A model generated the notes under the pieces. It was not told the DNA's origin. It did no database searches and saw nothing but the letters and a program-made list of their open reading frames with translations. Of a DNA stretch of 64,000 nucleotides, positions 1 through 11,964 are shown in pieces. The stretch's first letter is position 1; each line of letters begins with the position of its first letter. The stretch covers positions 107,758,001 through 107,822,000 of the forward strand of contig CM052817.1 in assembly GCA_028534125.1 (NCBI GenBank), in the 5' to 3' direction. This DNA is from Lama glama (taxonomy: Eukaryota). Made by a program: the position numbers and the translations under genes.

Positions 1-302
1 CACTTAGTAAAAGGAAAAAAAAACAAACAAAAATAAAACGGTTCTCTTTGTATGTGGAAAGGCAAGATAAATAAAATGTATCTGACAGAAAAAAATGTAT
101 CTTCAATGAAAATATTAATAATATATCTTCAATCAAAGAATACATGAAAATATTTTAGTGTCATGTAAAAGAAAGAAATATTGAAGATAAATACAGCTTT
201 TTGACATTTATCCTTAACTCCTTGGCCAACCGTACCTGAATCAGAGCACTTCCTAGAGATCTTGGCTTACTTTTATGAGCCGGGTGTCTGTCTTCTCTGT
301 TC

Positions 303-449
303 TATTGAAGTGTAGTTGATTTACAATGTTAGTTTCAGGTGTGGAGCAAAGTGATTCAGTTATACAAATATATATATCTATATATATATATATGTATCTA
401 TAGATATAAGTATTTTTTTCAGTTTCTTTTCCATTAGGCTTATTACAAG
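303..449 (-). mobile_element. Truncated L1 3' end (cetartiodactyl type)
   Basis: Reverse complement of the L1 3'UTR tail (tattgaagtgtagttgatttacaatgttagtttcaggtgt...ttattacaag) with an internal (TA)n run; matches other L1 tails in this window. Confidence 0.8.
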
Positions 450-3224
450 GGGAAAAGACAGCCTTTTCTACACAACCCAGGACCGGCTCAGGTGATGTGT
501 GTGACACCCCGTAAGGAGGCACTGCTTCTGTAGCTGTTGATATCTGAAGACAGACCCGCCTTCTGACAGCTGTGCAGTTGGTCTGTGGCCACAGTGGAAG
601 GACCCGTGTGCTGGGGACTGTTGGCTCTTCCAGTAACCCCTGGCCCTGTCTAAGCATTTTTGATTCAAAACAATTGTCATTAGCTCCCTTCGAACTGAAA
701 ACTACTTCCAGAACTGGAAAATGCCCACGGAGAGGATGCTTCAAATGCTTTCTGAAAAAGGTCCTCAAACAATTCACCAATCAGCGACAGTCTTGGATTT
801 CCCCCTATTTACAGGAACTTGCCTGATGCTGTGAACTCAACAAAGTTCCTATTAAGGTTTTTATTTTTTTTTCTAAATTGAGTGAGTGAAATTGTCCAGT
901 TTTAAAGGATAGATCAGACACATTTCAGCAAATTTGAATGAGGAGGTTGAACAAAAATGTAAGTCACTTTCTTACAAAGAACAAATCAAACCATCTTTCC
1001 TTTTTATCATGAGCTATTGAGAACATTATGTTTCCTTTCCTGTTTCTTAATTTGAATATCAAATATCCTTACAATTTGATCTCCCCACTGTCAGAAGAGA
1101 TACCACAGGTCTTTAATTTCCGTTCTCTTTAGTCATATTTCATGGGTTCTTTGTTCTCATTCTCCTCCAAATACCATTCAGTGGAAGATAATTAGCTATT
1201 TAAGGAAATTCAAATAAAAAATTTCAGCGTATTTCCAGTATACAATGTGTGTTCTTAATATTTATTTGATTTTTTTTTCTGGAGAGCTTTTACTTTCATA
1301 TAATACAAACATTATGACTGATTGGAAGTCCATTCTATAGGCCATTTCTTCCTTTATCCTAATGTTAACTGAGAAAATTTCCAGCAGAAACGATACATTT
1401 CAAGAAATCCTACATCGAGCTTGCCAAGCACAGCATGGTAGTCTCACTGCTGTGCCCCTTCGATTTATGTCAAAACAAGAAAGAACCCATCCTTCAACTC
1501 TGAAGAATTTCTTCTGATTGATTGGTTAGAGAATGAAAAATTTCCAGGAACGTATTAGACAGAAACTCGATAAAACTATTGCACTAAATACTGATGACAG
1601 GAAAGTAATGACCTTCATAGGGAAAAAAATCTCTCCCCACAAAGTATCTTAAAGATCATCTATTAAAGATTACTTCATGTTTCTCAAGAGTTACTCAAGC
1701 CAATCATGTTAAATTCATATTTGCATTTATGTATACATAGTTGGGCAGTTTAAACACCATGCTTATATCTAATGGATCATAGTTCATGAAAAAGACGCCT
1801 TTGGTCGTCAACATCTCTGACTAATTAAACACAAGCTAACAGTGAACTCAAGAATGAAGCTCATAGGATGATTCCAGCCTTTCAGTCATTAAGGAAATTG
1901 AGAAGGACCTCCTTTCTGTGAACAGAGGCCTCTCTAAATAACCAAATTAAGCCTTCTAGAATGGTTAAGGATAAATTCTTAAATTCCACGATCCAAATTG
2001 AGCTTAAGACTTAACTTAAAAAAAAGACAGAAAATGAAAATAAGATTTAAATTACTTACAAAATTACCTAATATACAGGAATATGATATATGATGTCAGT
2101 TAAGGCCGCATATTCTTCCCACTTCACTAAAAGCCAATGCTTATAGAGGATACGAAAAATGATCAAGCTCATGTTTTTCCTTATCCTTTCTCAAATGGTT
2201 GGCATATGTTAACCTCTCAGTGTTCTGAAACTGAATAGACACATTTTCATTATAAGTACCTCATAAAATGTGGTAATTTATGAATGCTTTTTGTGATGAT
2301 CAGAACCAACTCTCCCAGTTTTAAAACAATAATATTTAAACTATAGAGTATAGTGACAAGCAGGCTTTAACAGCAGTGAATGATCATTTTAAACTCTTTT
2401 ATCTGCTGATAGCAATGACCACTGGTTCTGTTTTCTACATTTCTTACTCTTCTTGAAATAAATGATGCAATTTCCCATGCTTAATTTTTGTAAAGATGAA
2501 ATCACTTATAATGAAGGAATGCTCATTGGCACTGATTCTGTAAGAGTTTAGTGATGGTTACAGATTCTGCCTCCATTTGGTCATTTGTTCGTGTATCCAT
2601 GGTAACAGCTTGGCTTTTGTGGGAACCACATTCGGCTACAGCCATCGATGTGCTGCAGTGTAAATAAACCTCAAGCAGTGTTTTGGGGGGTTGTCAAGCT
2701 AATTTATGTCTTTCAGACATTTTTTCACTGTATTATATGATATTTCACTTAGAGATGCCCACTGCTGCACCAAGTAGGGCCCCAAAATTTACTCTTCTCT
2801 CTCAAAACAGACATTGGCCATCAGATCTCTTCAGAAAATGGAACCTTGGCACCAAAGGAAATGCCATGTCCTCATTTGTTCTCTCCTAGTGCCCTGTAAA
2901 AGCTTCTGTCAAAGCATTTCCAGTGACGTAATGAATCTGTCTTTCTTGCTTGTTTTTCTCCCCATTTCGTTGAGATGTAGTTGACATGGATCATTGTACA
3001 AGTTGAAGTGCTGTCTCACTCATTCACTGCCTGTGTCTTTCCCTCACATAGACTCACGGCCATGCCCTAGAGCTTAGGTCTTATCCACCTCTGTATATGC
3101 GGGTACCTGCCCCAAATCTAGAGTATCTAGTCATTTTTTTTAACAACTCTGTGTTGTGCCTCCTTGGTGGTAGACTAGAGTGTTGTCTGAGAACTCATCA
3201 GAAGTGTGATTATGGGCACATCTC

Positions 3225-3335
3225 TGACCACTCTTTGCCTCCATTGTCTCATCTATGAAATGAGTGTCATATCGCATCTATATTACAAGGTTGCCATGAG
3301 GATTAAGTGGTCAATGCAGGTAAAGTGCACGAAGT
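3225..3335 (+). mobile_element. MIR SINE fragment
   Basis: Resembles the MIR core: tctcatctatgaaatgag...aaggttgccatgaggattaagtg...gtaaagtgc. Confidence 0.65.
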
Positions 3336-3389
3336 AAGGTGTGAACAAGATGAATAAATGGAAGGTATGATTATTTCTAGTACTAGTCC

Positions 3390-4125
3390 TGTTGCAGAAA
3401 CTCAGCCTTGGCACTCCACTTACCAAATTGAGACTCAAGGACTGAGTTTTAAATGAAGTAGAAAAGGCAGCTTTATTTCTTTGCAGGCAAAGGAGGTCAC
3501 AGTGGGCTACTGCTTCAAAGACCATGAGTCTGCTGGGGAGAGAAGGCAGGGGGTTTTATAGTAAAAGTTCAAGAGTTCAAGGGGCAGAGCTGGTTTCCAT
3601 AGAGATCACAGTCAGGGTAACAAATTGTTGCAATGTTGTTCTTATTTTTGCAGACCCCCTTCCCTCTACTGGGTATGAAGTTCACCTCTGGCTTTGGGAC
3701 TCTTTTAATATTCTTGTTCCTAGAACAAAGGGTGCATAAGAAGGGGCTCCATGGAAAAGAGCTCCAGAGAAAACTTGTGCACTTTAAAGTCAGGTTGATA
3801 AATGCTTTTAGCCTTTTGAGAAGGCTGTGTGATGCCTGGGACCTCCTGCTGCAGGCTGAGGCCTGCAGCTGGAACAACAGGATACAAGGAAACCATAAGG
3901 GGTCAAGAGTAGGGCACTGGGGTCAGAAGCAGGGAACTCAGCATGACACCTGCACACAGCACCAGAAGGGGGTGGGGGGACCACCCAAGCCTCCCTCCGT
4001 TCCAGTCCAATCTTGGTCACCAAGAGCATAAGGGAACCCTTTATACCATGATACAGTTAGGCAGTTACAAACACCATTGCAGACTCAGATGGTCACTGGT
4101 AATAATAGGGTCTTGCTCGGTTACA
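3390..4125 (-). mobile_element. ERV1-like solo LTR
   Basis: TG...CA termini; minus-strand AATAAA (~3472) and TATAAAA (~3555). Its 5' terminus TGTAACCGAGCAAGACCCT is shared with the LTRs at 10801, 11926 and 59792. No clean TSD. Confidence 0.7.
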
Positions 4126-4400
4126 GTTAAGCACTATTCTGGGCCCTGGTGAGACAGTGATGAATAATCACAGAATAATGGAGGGAGATGGAAACAGGTG
4201 CAGGTAATCCAGATGTATTCTGACTGTAATTAAGTTTACACAGACAATCAAGCAGGCTCAGGTTACAGAGAATTTCTTAGGAGTGAGGGTCTAATTTAGA
4301 TGGGGTGATCAAATAAAGTCATTCCGAGGAGGTTAAATCTGAGATGATACCTGAATTATGGAAAGAAACCAGCTACTGAAAGTCTGAATTGGAAACAAGC
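4126..4400 (-). mobile_element. L2 fragment, degraded
   Basis: Resembles the L2 3' region: gcactattctgggccctggtgagacagtgatgaataa...ttccgaggaggttaaatctgagatgatacctgaa. Confidence 0.45.
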
Positions 4401-5306
4401 TTTGTACAGATGAAAAATAGAAAGAAGTTGAGCACGTGCACAGATTAAAAAATGTTTATTTGAATGAGTTACTGGAAGCTTGAATGCACTGTCATATTTT
4501 GACATATTCAAATGCAAACCCAAAAGAGAGTCCTGCATTTATGCAAATATTTGGTTTATATTTTCTATAATCAAATGCTGTGGTCTAAATATTTAAATAT
4601 GCTATTTTTTTCAATTTCTGAAGCTGGACAGTGTAAATTGGGGTAGAATAATAGTAATTTCCTGGATACTTTAAAGGTAATATTGGCTAACACTTATTGA
4701 ATCTTTTCCAAAAAAATGCTCTGAGCTGCCATCAATAAATTCTCAAAACAAACTTCTGAGTACAACTCACCCAATAAGATGGATAATGAGACACAAAGAA
4801 CTGGCCCAAAGTCTCAGAGAGTAAGTTGTGGAGTCTGGACTGAACCTTACTAACTTGTCTTTTTTTTTTTGTAACTTGTCTTAATGACAGGATAAACCTG
4901 TCCCTTTGGCACATTTAGACAAAATGCATTCTTTTGACTTTATACATTACAATGGTTATTTGTTTAATTGGATGTTATGTGTACTTATGTTCACCAATGC
5001 ACTGCTTCATGATTTCCCTACAGACAAGGTCATTGGCATACTTTTAGGATCACATTGTAAAACATGAGGACTGGTGCCTGTGGTACCAAGGATTCCTGGA
5101 GAGCCTTTGGAGTCCCCAACCTGGGTGCAAGAATCAGAGCACCAGCCCTCACCTGGCGGCAGGAATGATGAACTTACCCTCTGGGCTGTCACCCAGCGGG
5201 GCTGCAGCTGACACAATGCACCTCTGTTCTGTTTCTCTGCTGTGTCAAGTTCACAACTGGTGGACCAAGACTGGGGCTCATCAATTTCAAAAGAAGAGTT
5301 CTCCAC

Positions 5307-5313
5307 TTTCTTT

Positions 5314-5403
<90 letters not shown>

Positions 5404-5454
5404 TTCCTTCCTTCCTTCCTTCCTTCCTTCCTTCCTTCCTTCCTTCCTTCCTTC

Positions 5455-5513
<59 letters not shown>

Positions 5514-5547
5514 TCCTTCTTTCTTTCTTTCTTTTCTTTCCTTTTTT
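5307..5547. repeat. Compound microsatellite (TTTC)n(TTCC)n(TTTC)n
   Basis: About 240 bp of pure polypyrimidine tetranucleotide repeat, seen directly. Confidence 0.98.
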
Positions 5548-6627
5548 GTCTCAGAAGATAAATACTTCTCATGGCACCTATGACATGCCTATGCACCCGC
5601 ATAGGTCAGTGGATGGGGTTGATGGATGAAAACAGCACACTGACCAGACGCCCATGGTGGCCTGCCTGGGAGAGCCCATGAGTCTCGCTGTGATCTCTGG
5701 TTAATGGTCAGTCCAAAGCTCTCTCCACCAAAACAAACAAATATACGTCTCGAGCAACTAATAGTGCTTCTCCTCTGGGAGACAAAATCAGGCAGGGGTG
5801 GCTGCATCTGATTTGAAAGAGACAAAGATGAGGCTCAGTAAGACAAAGAGACATTGTGTAACTTTCAGAGGGGGCAGGGGAGCCAAAGAGAGCTGCTGCC
5901 CAGAGCGGGAAGATTTGCTTCTGAGCAGAGGGGAGGGAACATGTGTGGTCCTCTTCAGTTTGTCATATTTATTTTTTTCCTTCCAGAATATTAGTGACCT
6001 TTTCTCCCAATCTAAGAATTTAACTCAGTAGAGTACATTGTATTTTGCAAACTTGGGGCCATACTGGTGAAACACAACTAAACAGCAACATCAACAATGT
6101 AACAGTGTCTACTGGTCCTTACAGGATAGCTGAAGTAGATGGCGTTTGTGAAGAAGTCTGGCCTCAGGCGAGTGCCCACAGGGGATAAACATTGCTGCTG
6201 TGGGTGTTCTCAGTCCAGGGCTTATCAGGAATCAGGAATGCCCACTATTTGTTGAGTCTCCCCATTTTTTTTTTTTTTGATATTTCATGTGCTTTCTATA
6301 CATTTTCTTTAATGGAGTCATCGCAAACTTGTAAGCAAAGTCAATTTCTCATCTTATAGTCAATGGAATTGCAGTTTCAAGAAATTAAATGAATTGAACT
6401 AAGCTTTAGAAGAAAGAAGTCAGCAATCAGACCCAGATGATCAGGGCCCAAGGTCACTCTTTTACATCACATTGTGCCTATTAAATGTACAAAGAGTTGG
6501 ATTCTAGTTGATAAAAAGGCAGAAAATGGGGAGCAAATGGATGGGAACTAAAGTAGAAATAGGCTGAAACTCCATTTTCTATTAAACCACACTTTTTCTT
6601 CTCTCAATATTATTTCTGTCCTAAACG

Positions 6628-7148
6628 TGAGAAGCAGTCTCACTTGGAGGCTGTGTTAGAATCGGAGAGAAAGAAAGGAGAGACAGCTCAGCAGAAGAGA
6701 CAGGTTTATTCTGAGAAACTTGCAGAGAGGTCTCCAGCCATACTGGAGCTCACTCTGTTGGTACAGACTTGATTAGTTTATGCCTGGAGGTCGGAGCTGA
6801 TTGGTGGGTTCTTATGCAAATGAGGGGTGCTGAGAGGTAAGTTCTGATTGGTGGGTATGCTGAAAGTGAAAGGGGCGTGTCTGAAAGAGAGAGGGGCGGG
6901 GAGGAACTTTCCAGCCAGTAGTCCTCACTCAGGTCTGGGGAGGCGGAAGTTGTTATGCAGATGAAGTATGCTGACGGGTAGATGCTGATTGGTGGGTTTC
7001 ACAGAAGGCAGTTGTTACTTGCGGTAGGCTCTGCTTGTCGGGAAATAGCGGTGGATCCGCAAAACGGAGTGTGAGCTTGTCTGTCAGGCTGAAATTCACA
7101 TGTGTCCCAGTTTTACTTTGAGGACTTGAGGGATTTGTATTCTTCCCA
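6628..7148 (-). mobile_element. ERV solo LTR with motif-rich U3 (family unassigned)
   Basis: Minus-strand AATAAA (tttatt ~6705), three CCAAT boxes, an octamer and GC boxes; candidate TG...CA ends with imperfect flanks taaacg/taaatt. Boundaries are approximate. Confidence 0.65.
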
Positions 7149-7235
7149 TAAATTGTAAAGAAACATTAAGACTTTAAAAATGATCCCTTTTATTATCTTT
7201 CACAGCCACAAATTACAATAATATACTCAACAAAC

Positions 7236-7752
7236 TGTTACTGAGTCCAAACTCATTCTGCTTGCAGCACAACAGGTCAATAAATCAGGAAGCAAGGTGT
7301 TGGGGCAAGGAATAGTGACTTTATTAAGAAAGCTAGCAGAGTGAGAAGATGGGGACCTAATGTCCTAGAGAACCATCTTACCCAAGCCAGAATTTAGGCT
7401 CCTTTTATACTGAAAAGGGGAGGGGGTGTGGTTGGTTGTTGCAAACTTCTTGGTGTCAAAATCCTTTGTTCTTGCAGCTCTCTGCGTGGGTCAGGTCATG
7501 GTGTCCCTGTAAACCCCCAACAAGACAAATGTTCTTTTCTGTTCCGCAACTTTTTATCACTATGAATGGAAAAGTGTTATCCTCTTAAAGGTCAGAGCCT
7601 TGAGAATGGGTTTTTCTGTCTATTTCAGGCTCCAGGCAATATTCTTTTACAAAAGGCGCAGAACCAGCATGACTGAGCAAGGAAACAGAGCACAGGGTTA
7701 GAGCCAAAGGAGCAGATCTCATATGGAGTCAGGTTTGTTCTTTTTTGTAACA
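7236..7752 (-). mobile_element. ERV1-like solo LTR
   Basis: TG...CA termini, perfect 4-bp TSD AAAC (7232-7235, 7753-7756), minus-strand TATA and AATAAA; full-length homolog at 22714-23232. Confidence 0.92.
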
Positions 7753-8657
7753 AAACGAGAAACCATTGAGAAAAAATGACAGGCTTACAAGCGATGAGTA
7801 CCTAACTCATGGGTTATTATTATCCTTTAAGAGATATTATCCTTTAAGAGAATTTTGATACTCTTAGGCTCGGTTTCCAGAGGAACCCTTGTTGGCTCTT
7901 TAATTTGGATATTCTTGAATTCTGTTATAAAAGAGAACACTTCCAGCAATTGTTGGGACATAATAAGGCCCGTGCTATGTTATACATGGTATGGGTTTTC
8001 CAGAATCAGTGAGGAAGTATGAACTTCTTGGTTTGTTGTTCTGATTCAAATGGGGGAAAACGCTGTAATACAATGCAAGGGAGCTCAGCCAGCAGGCCAC
8101 TTCCTAATTAAGCAGCATTGTTCCATAAACACGTGAGAAATAGCTTACAAGACACCAATCTGGAACTTGTTGAATTAAAGGAAACAGAGGATATGAGATT
8201 TTTTGTTGTTGTTACATCCTAACTCAAAAATAAATGTCTCTATTTGGGTCACCAGGGTAATACCTAAAAATAGTCTTGATAGTCATTGTCTGTCACTGTG
8301 TCACCTTTCCTCGGGCATCAGATCGGACTGCATAACATAAAATGAGGCATTGAAAACATAAACCTTCACCACAGAGTGTTGTCTGCTTTAAGATATTCTT
8401 GTTTATGGATCTTCAGAAAAGTATTATTTTCAGCCAACTCAAGTGCTTACTGAAATGCGAGTAAATAAAAAGAAAAGAAAAAATTGGGGAGGGACTTGAC
8501 AAAGAAGGGTGCACAAAATTTGAACACAATTAGGAGCCAGTACCCATTTAGTCCCTACTCTGTGCAGAAAGATTAGAAATAGGCATCAGATTATTTAAGA
8601 ATATAACTTTCCTACTCAGAAAAGAAGTGGTATACTTGTTTTAAAAGGTGATTTTAC

Positions 8658-8754
8658 GGGGAGGATAATGGCTCAGTAAGTGGTAGAGCACATAATTAGC
8701 ATGCATAAGATCTTGAGTTCATCCCTAGTGCCTCCATTAAAAAAATGACTCAAA
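8658..8754 (+). mobile_element. Camelid tRNA-derived SINE (Vic-1-like)
   Basis: Degenerate A and B boxes, A-rich tail, TSD aaaa(g/a)gtgatttta on both sides. Confidence 0.85.
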
Positions 8755-9847
8755 AAAAGTGATTTTATGAAAAGAATGCACTTTTTGTAAATGGTAATGT
8801 GACTGCTACCACCAGTCTCTTTTTACAAATTATTTAAATCCTATGTAGAGATTTTCTGTAGAAAGCCAAATCAGCTAACAGGATGTGGAAAAGCAGAAAC
8901 TCACCAACTAATTAACAAAAACTTGTTATCACATCTAACAGATACCCACAACAAATAGATCGGCTGTTTTAGTGGTCATCTTGGAAATGGTAATAACTTT
9001 GGAAACATGTGAGTCCATTTGGAATGTTGAGGAGGAGTTTTACAAAGGAGGAAACATAAAGGAGAACCTTAGTGGGTAAACAGAAGTTTCCAGGCAGGAA
9101 AGGAAGACGAACATTTCAGTCTGAAGCTGTCCAAGAGTTGAGCCTTCAGAATGTGAGACTGGTTATGCTTGTGTGGTGATGGTGTAGAATTGTGGGCTGG
9201 GGCAGGAGAAATGCATTGGAAAGGTGAGTTGGGGTTTATTTTCTTGTTAAAAGGGAAAGCAAATTCAATCTCAGGTACCTTTAACTGAAAGATAATGAAT
9301 TAGCTTATATGACTGAAAATCTAGGGTGAGTTAAATGTCTACTCTTGGTCTCTCCTCGACTCAGGGCATTTCTTCATCAGCACGACGGAGTTTCCCATCT
9401 GCTTTGCTCAGTTCTGTGTCTCCTCTGTTGGGTTCATGTTTCGCTGGAGGATCTCTTTATCCTGGGTAGGGTTTCTACCCCATGTCACTCCTGGGGAAAG
9501 AGGTCGAAGCTCCCTCTGGCCACGCCCATGCTTGACCTGTGAGTCAGTCTGGCTGGGTTGACCAGTTGCCTTCCTGAGCCCACGCTGCTCTGTACTGTTG
9601 CCAAAGTAAGGTTCTCCTGCACCCCTGCAGCTGAGGGTGGAGTCCCACTGGGATAACTCAGGGGACCTGGGTTATGGCAGCTTTAAAACAACAGGTTCAC
9701 TCCAGTCCATCCCTTTGGCCACCTAATATACACACACAATTTATTCTTAATCCCTTATTCCCGGTTACTACACCCAGGTCTAAGCCTCTGCCCTCCGGTT
9801 AATATCAGCTCCACCCATCAGGCCTGGGTATGGGTGCTTATGGTCTG

Positions 9848-10068
9848 GCAAACTACTATATATAAAATAGCTAAACAACAAGTTTCTGTCGTACGGCACA
9901 GGGAACTGTATTCAACATCTTGTAGTAACTTGTGGTGAAAAAGAATACGAAAATGAGTATATGCATGTATATGATTGAATCATACTGTACACCAGAAATT
10001 GACACAACATTGACTACATTTCAATAAAAAAAGAATGTGCGTAAAATTTTTTTAAAAAGAAAAAAAAA
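9848..10068 (+). mobile_element. Truncated L1 3' end
   Basis: actactatatataaaatag...gcacagggaac...tgtacaccagaaattgacaca...AATAAA followed by an A-rich tail. Confidence 0.88.
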
Positions 10069-10800
10069 CACTTATAAAAAATTTAAGTGGGCTTTCAATC
10101 CATGTGTTCTAGATAATTCCATGGGCTCCTACTAAAAACCAGATATCTCTTCAAGCCAGCATTTGTATTAGAACCAGGACCCCTATTTTCCCCTTAATTC
10201 CCTCCAGCCACTTTGCTCTGCCCCCGGCTCCCAACCTTCATCCAAGTCATCCACACCTTGCTTCTGCCCTGGGGTAACTTAACACTCTGACATTGACAGG
10301 GGGAGACGTGACTACTGACTCCTGTTCCCACATACCTGTACGTGGCATCTGTGAGGTGGGGTCGTCACCTTCCTTTCCAGGTGGTTTAAAAGAGGAGCTT
10401 CTTTGGAGGAGGTGAAAACGACTCCTCAAAGATTTTAATATAATTTCCTGCTATTGTTCCTACTCACCTGCTTTTGTTGGCAGTCACTTCAGTTTGGAGG
10501 AGAGAATTCAGCTTTCACATTTCTCAGCGACCTTGAATGAGTCTCAGGCAACAAAGGCATTTCTTAGTAAAGCCACATTTTTTTTTCCCATCTGCCCTCA
10601 GACGAACCAATTTCAACCTAAGCTGGTCTTTTCATTACAAAATGCACAGGGGGCCATAAGAACAAGATCACACGCCGAAGTCCTGCATTTTTCACATCAA
10701 GACCAGGAATGGAGCTGCCTCAGTAAGGGCAAGTTCTGAACACTAAAACAGGTGTAAGTTTACCTATTTCCGACCTCTGCAACCAAAGCACAGGTATTAC

Positions 10801-11190
10801 TGAAACTTAGCAGGCCCTGGGGGGCCTTCCCTGGTACAAAACTTCCTGTGCCCCCCATTTCTGTTTGTAGGAACTAGGGTACATTCAGTCTCCTTGACCG
10901 TCCCTTATTTCCAAAGGGCAGAATCAAACAGTTGCTAATCCAGCAAGGGAGGGAATTCAGAGAAAAGGGAGGAACAGTCAAGAAACAATAGTGTAACCTT
11001 GGGGCAGGGCCCTGGTTCCTCCTCAAGGAGTATGCATATCTTTAAGTTCTTCTGCAGGAACTAAGGCCCCCAACCCCTGCCTCTTGTTTATGGCTGAGCA
11101 GAACCTTTGGAGACCGTGTTTTGCGGGGACACTGAGTCTACCAGACTATTGGTATTCTGATTAAAAGCAACTTTCCTTTCTGTTACCAAG
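10801..11190 (+). mobile_element. ERV1-like LTR piece A (+)
   Basis: Starts TGAAACTTAGCAGG; homologous to the inverted copy at 11639-11926; ATTAAA at ~11160. Confidence 0.75.
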
Positions 11191-11625
11191 GCTACTGCCT
11201 CTAGGATCACATGCTTGCTCCTCCCTCAAAAAGAAACCAATTACTCTTATCTAAGTCTCAGGAGACAGCTGCAATGAGAAGAAATAAGAACTGGTTAGAC
11301 CCTACTGAGCCCAAGATGGTGGAGGATTTGACGTCCAGTGGACCTTGAGCCTCATTATACACTTATTGCAATGCATTAACATGCTGAATGACACACCCAC
11401 CAACACCTTGACAAGTAACAGTTGCCATGACAGCAACCAGAAAAGCCCATGTAAGGAAGGAAGACAAGGCAGTTGACTCCATCACACCCTGAGCAAGGAC
11501 CTAATGGTGGAAGCCTCACATGAAAGTCCACGTGGTCCAAGCTGCAGCTGGACTGTCTCAACCAGCTGTCTTGGCTGATGGCTCCCTGCAAAGGCACTTT
11601 TTCCTCTTCTGAGCAATAAAACAGC
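11191..11625 (+). mobile_element. MER41-like LTR piece B (+)
   Basis: ccaagatgg...cctcattatacacttattgcaatgcattaacatgct...gacacacccacc...gccatgac resembles the MER41 core; AATAAA at ~11615; homologous to 12240-12333 on the opposite strand. Confidence 0.6.
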
Positions 11626-11638
11626 CATTCACCTGGGT

Positions 11639-11926
11639 GGGGGCCTTAGTTCCTGCAGAAGAACTCAAAGGTACTGCTATGTGTATCCCTTGAGGAGGAA
11701 CCAGGACCCCACCCCGAGGCTGCACTACTGTTTTTTGACTGCTCCTCCTTTGTCTCTGCATTCCCTCCCTTCCCTGAGTAGCAACTGTTTGAATCTGCCC
11801 TTTTGAGAGAATTTGCTCTCAGGGACGGTCAAGGAGGCTGAATGAACACTAGTTCCTACGAATAGAAATGGGGGACACGTAAAGATTTATACCAGGGAGG
11901 ACCCCACAGGGTCCTGCTCAGTTTGT
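11639..11926 (-). mobile_element. ERV1-like LTR piece A (-), 5' part only
   Basis: Reverse complement aligns by eye with 10801-11071 along its length. Confidence 0.8.
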
Positions 11927-11964
11927 GTCAGAGGCCAGGTGATAATGCTGATGTGTTGTCTTAC

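Noticed and set aside
253..826. 175-aa and overlapping ORFs
   Set aside because: No recognisable homology; the longest runs into an L1 tail and a (TA)n run.
1414..1464. Hairpin gcacagca...tgctgtgc
   Set aside because: The stem is too short for a pre-miRNA, and it has no IRE, SECIS or snoRNA motifs.
5165..5629. ORFs of 113-154 aa with FLSF or KKER repeats
   Set aside because: These are translations of the tetranucleotide microsatellite, not a protein.
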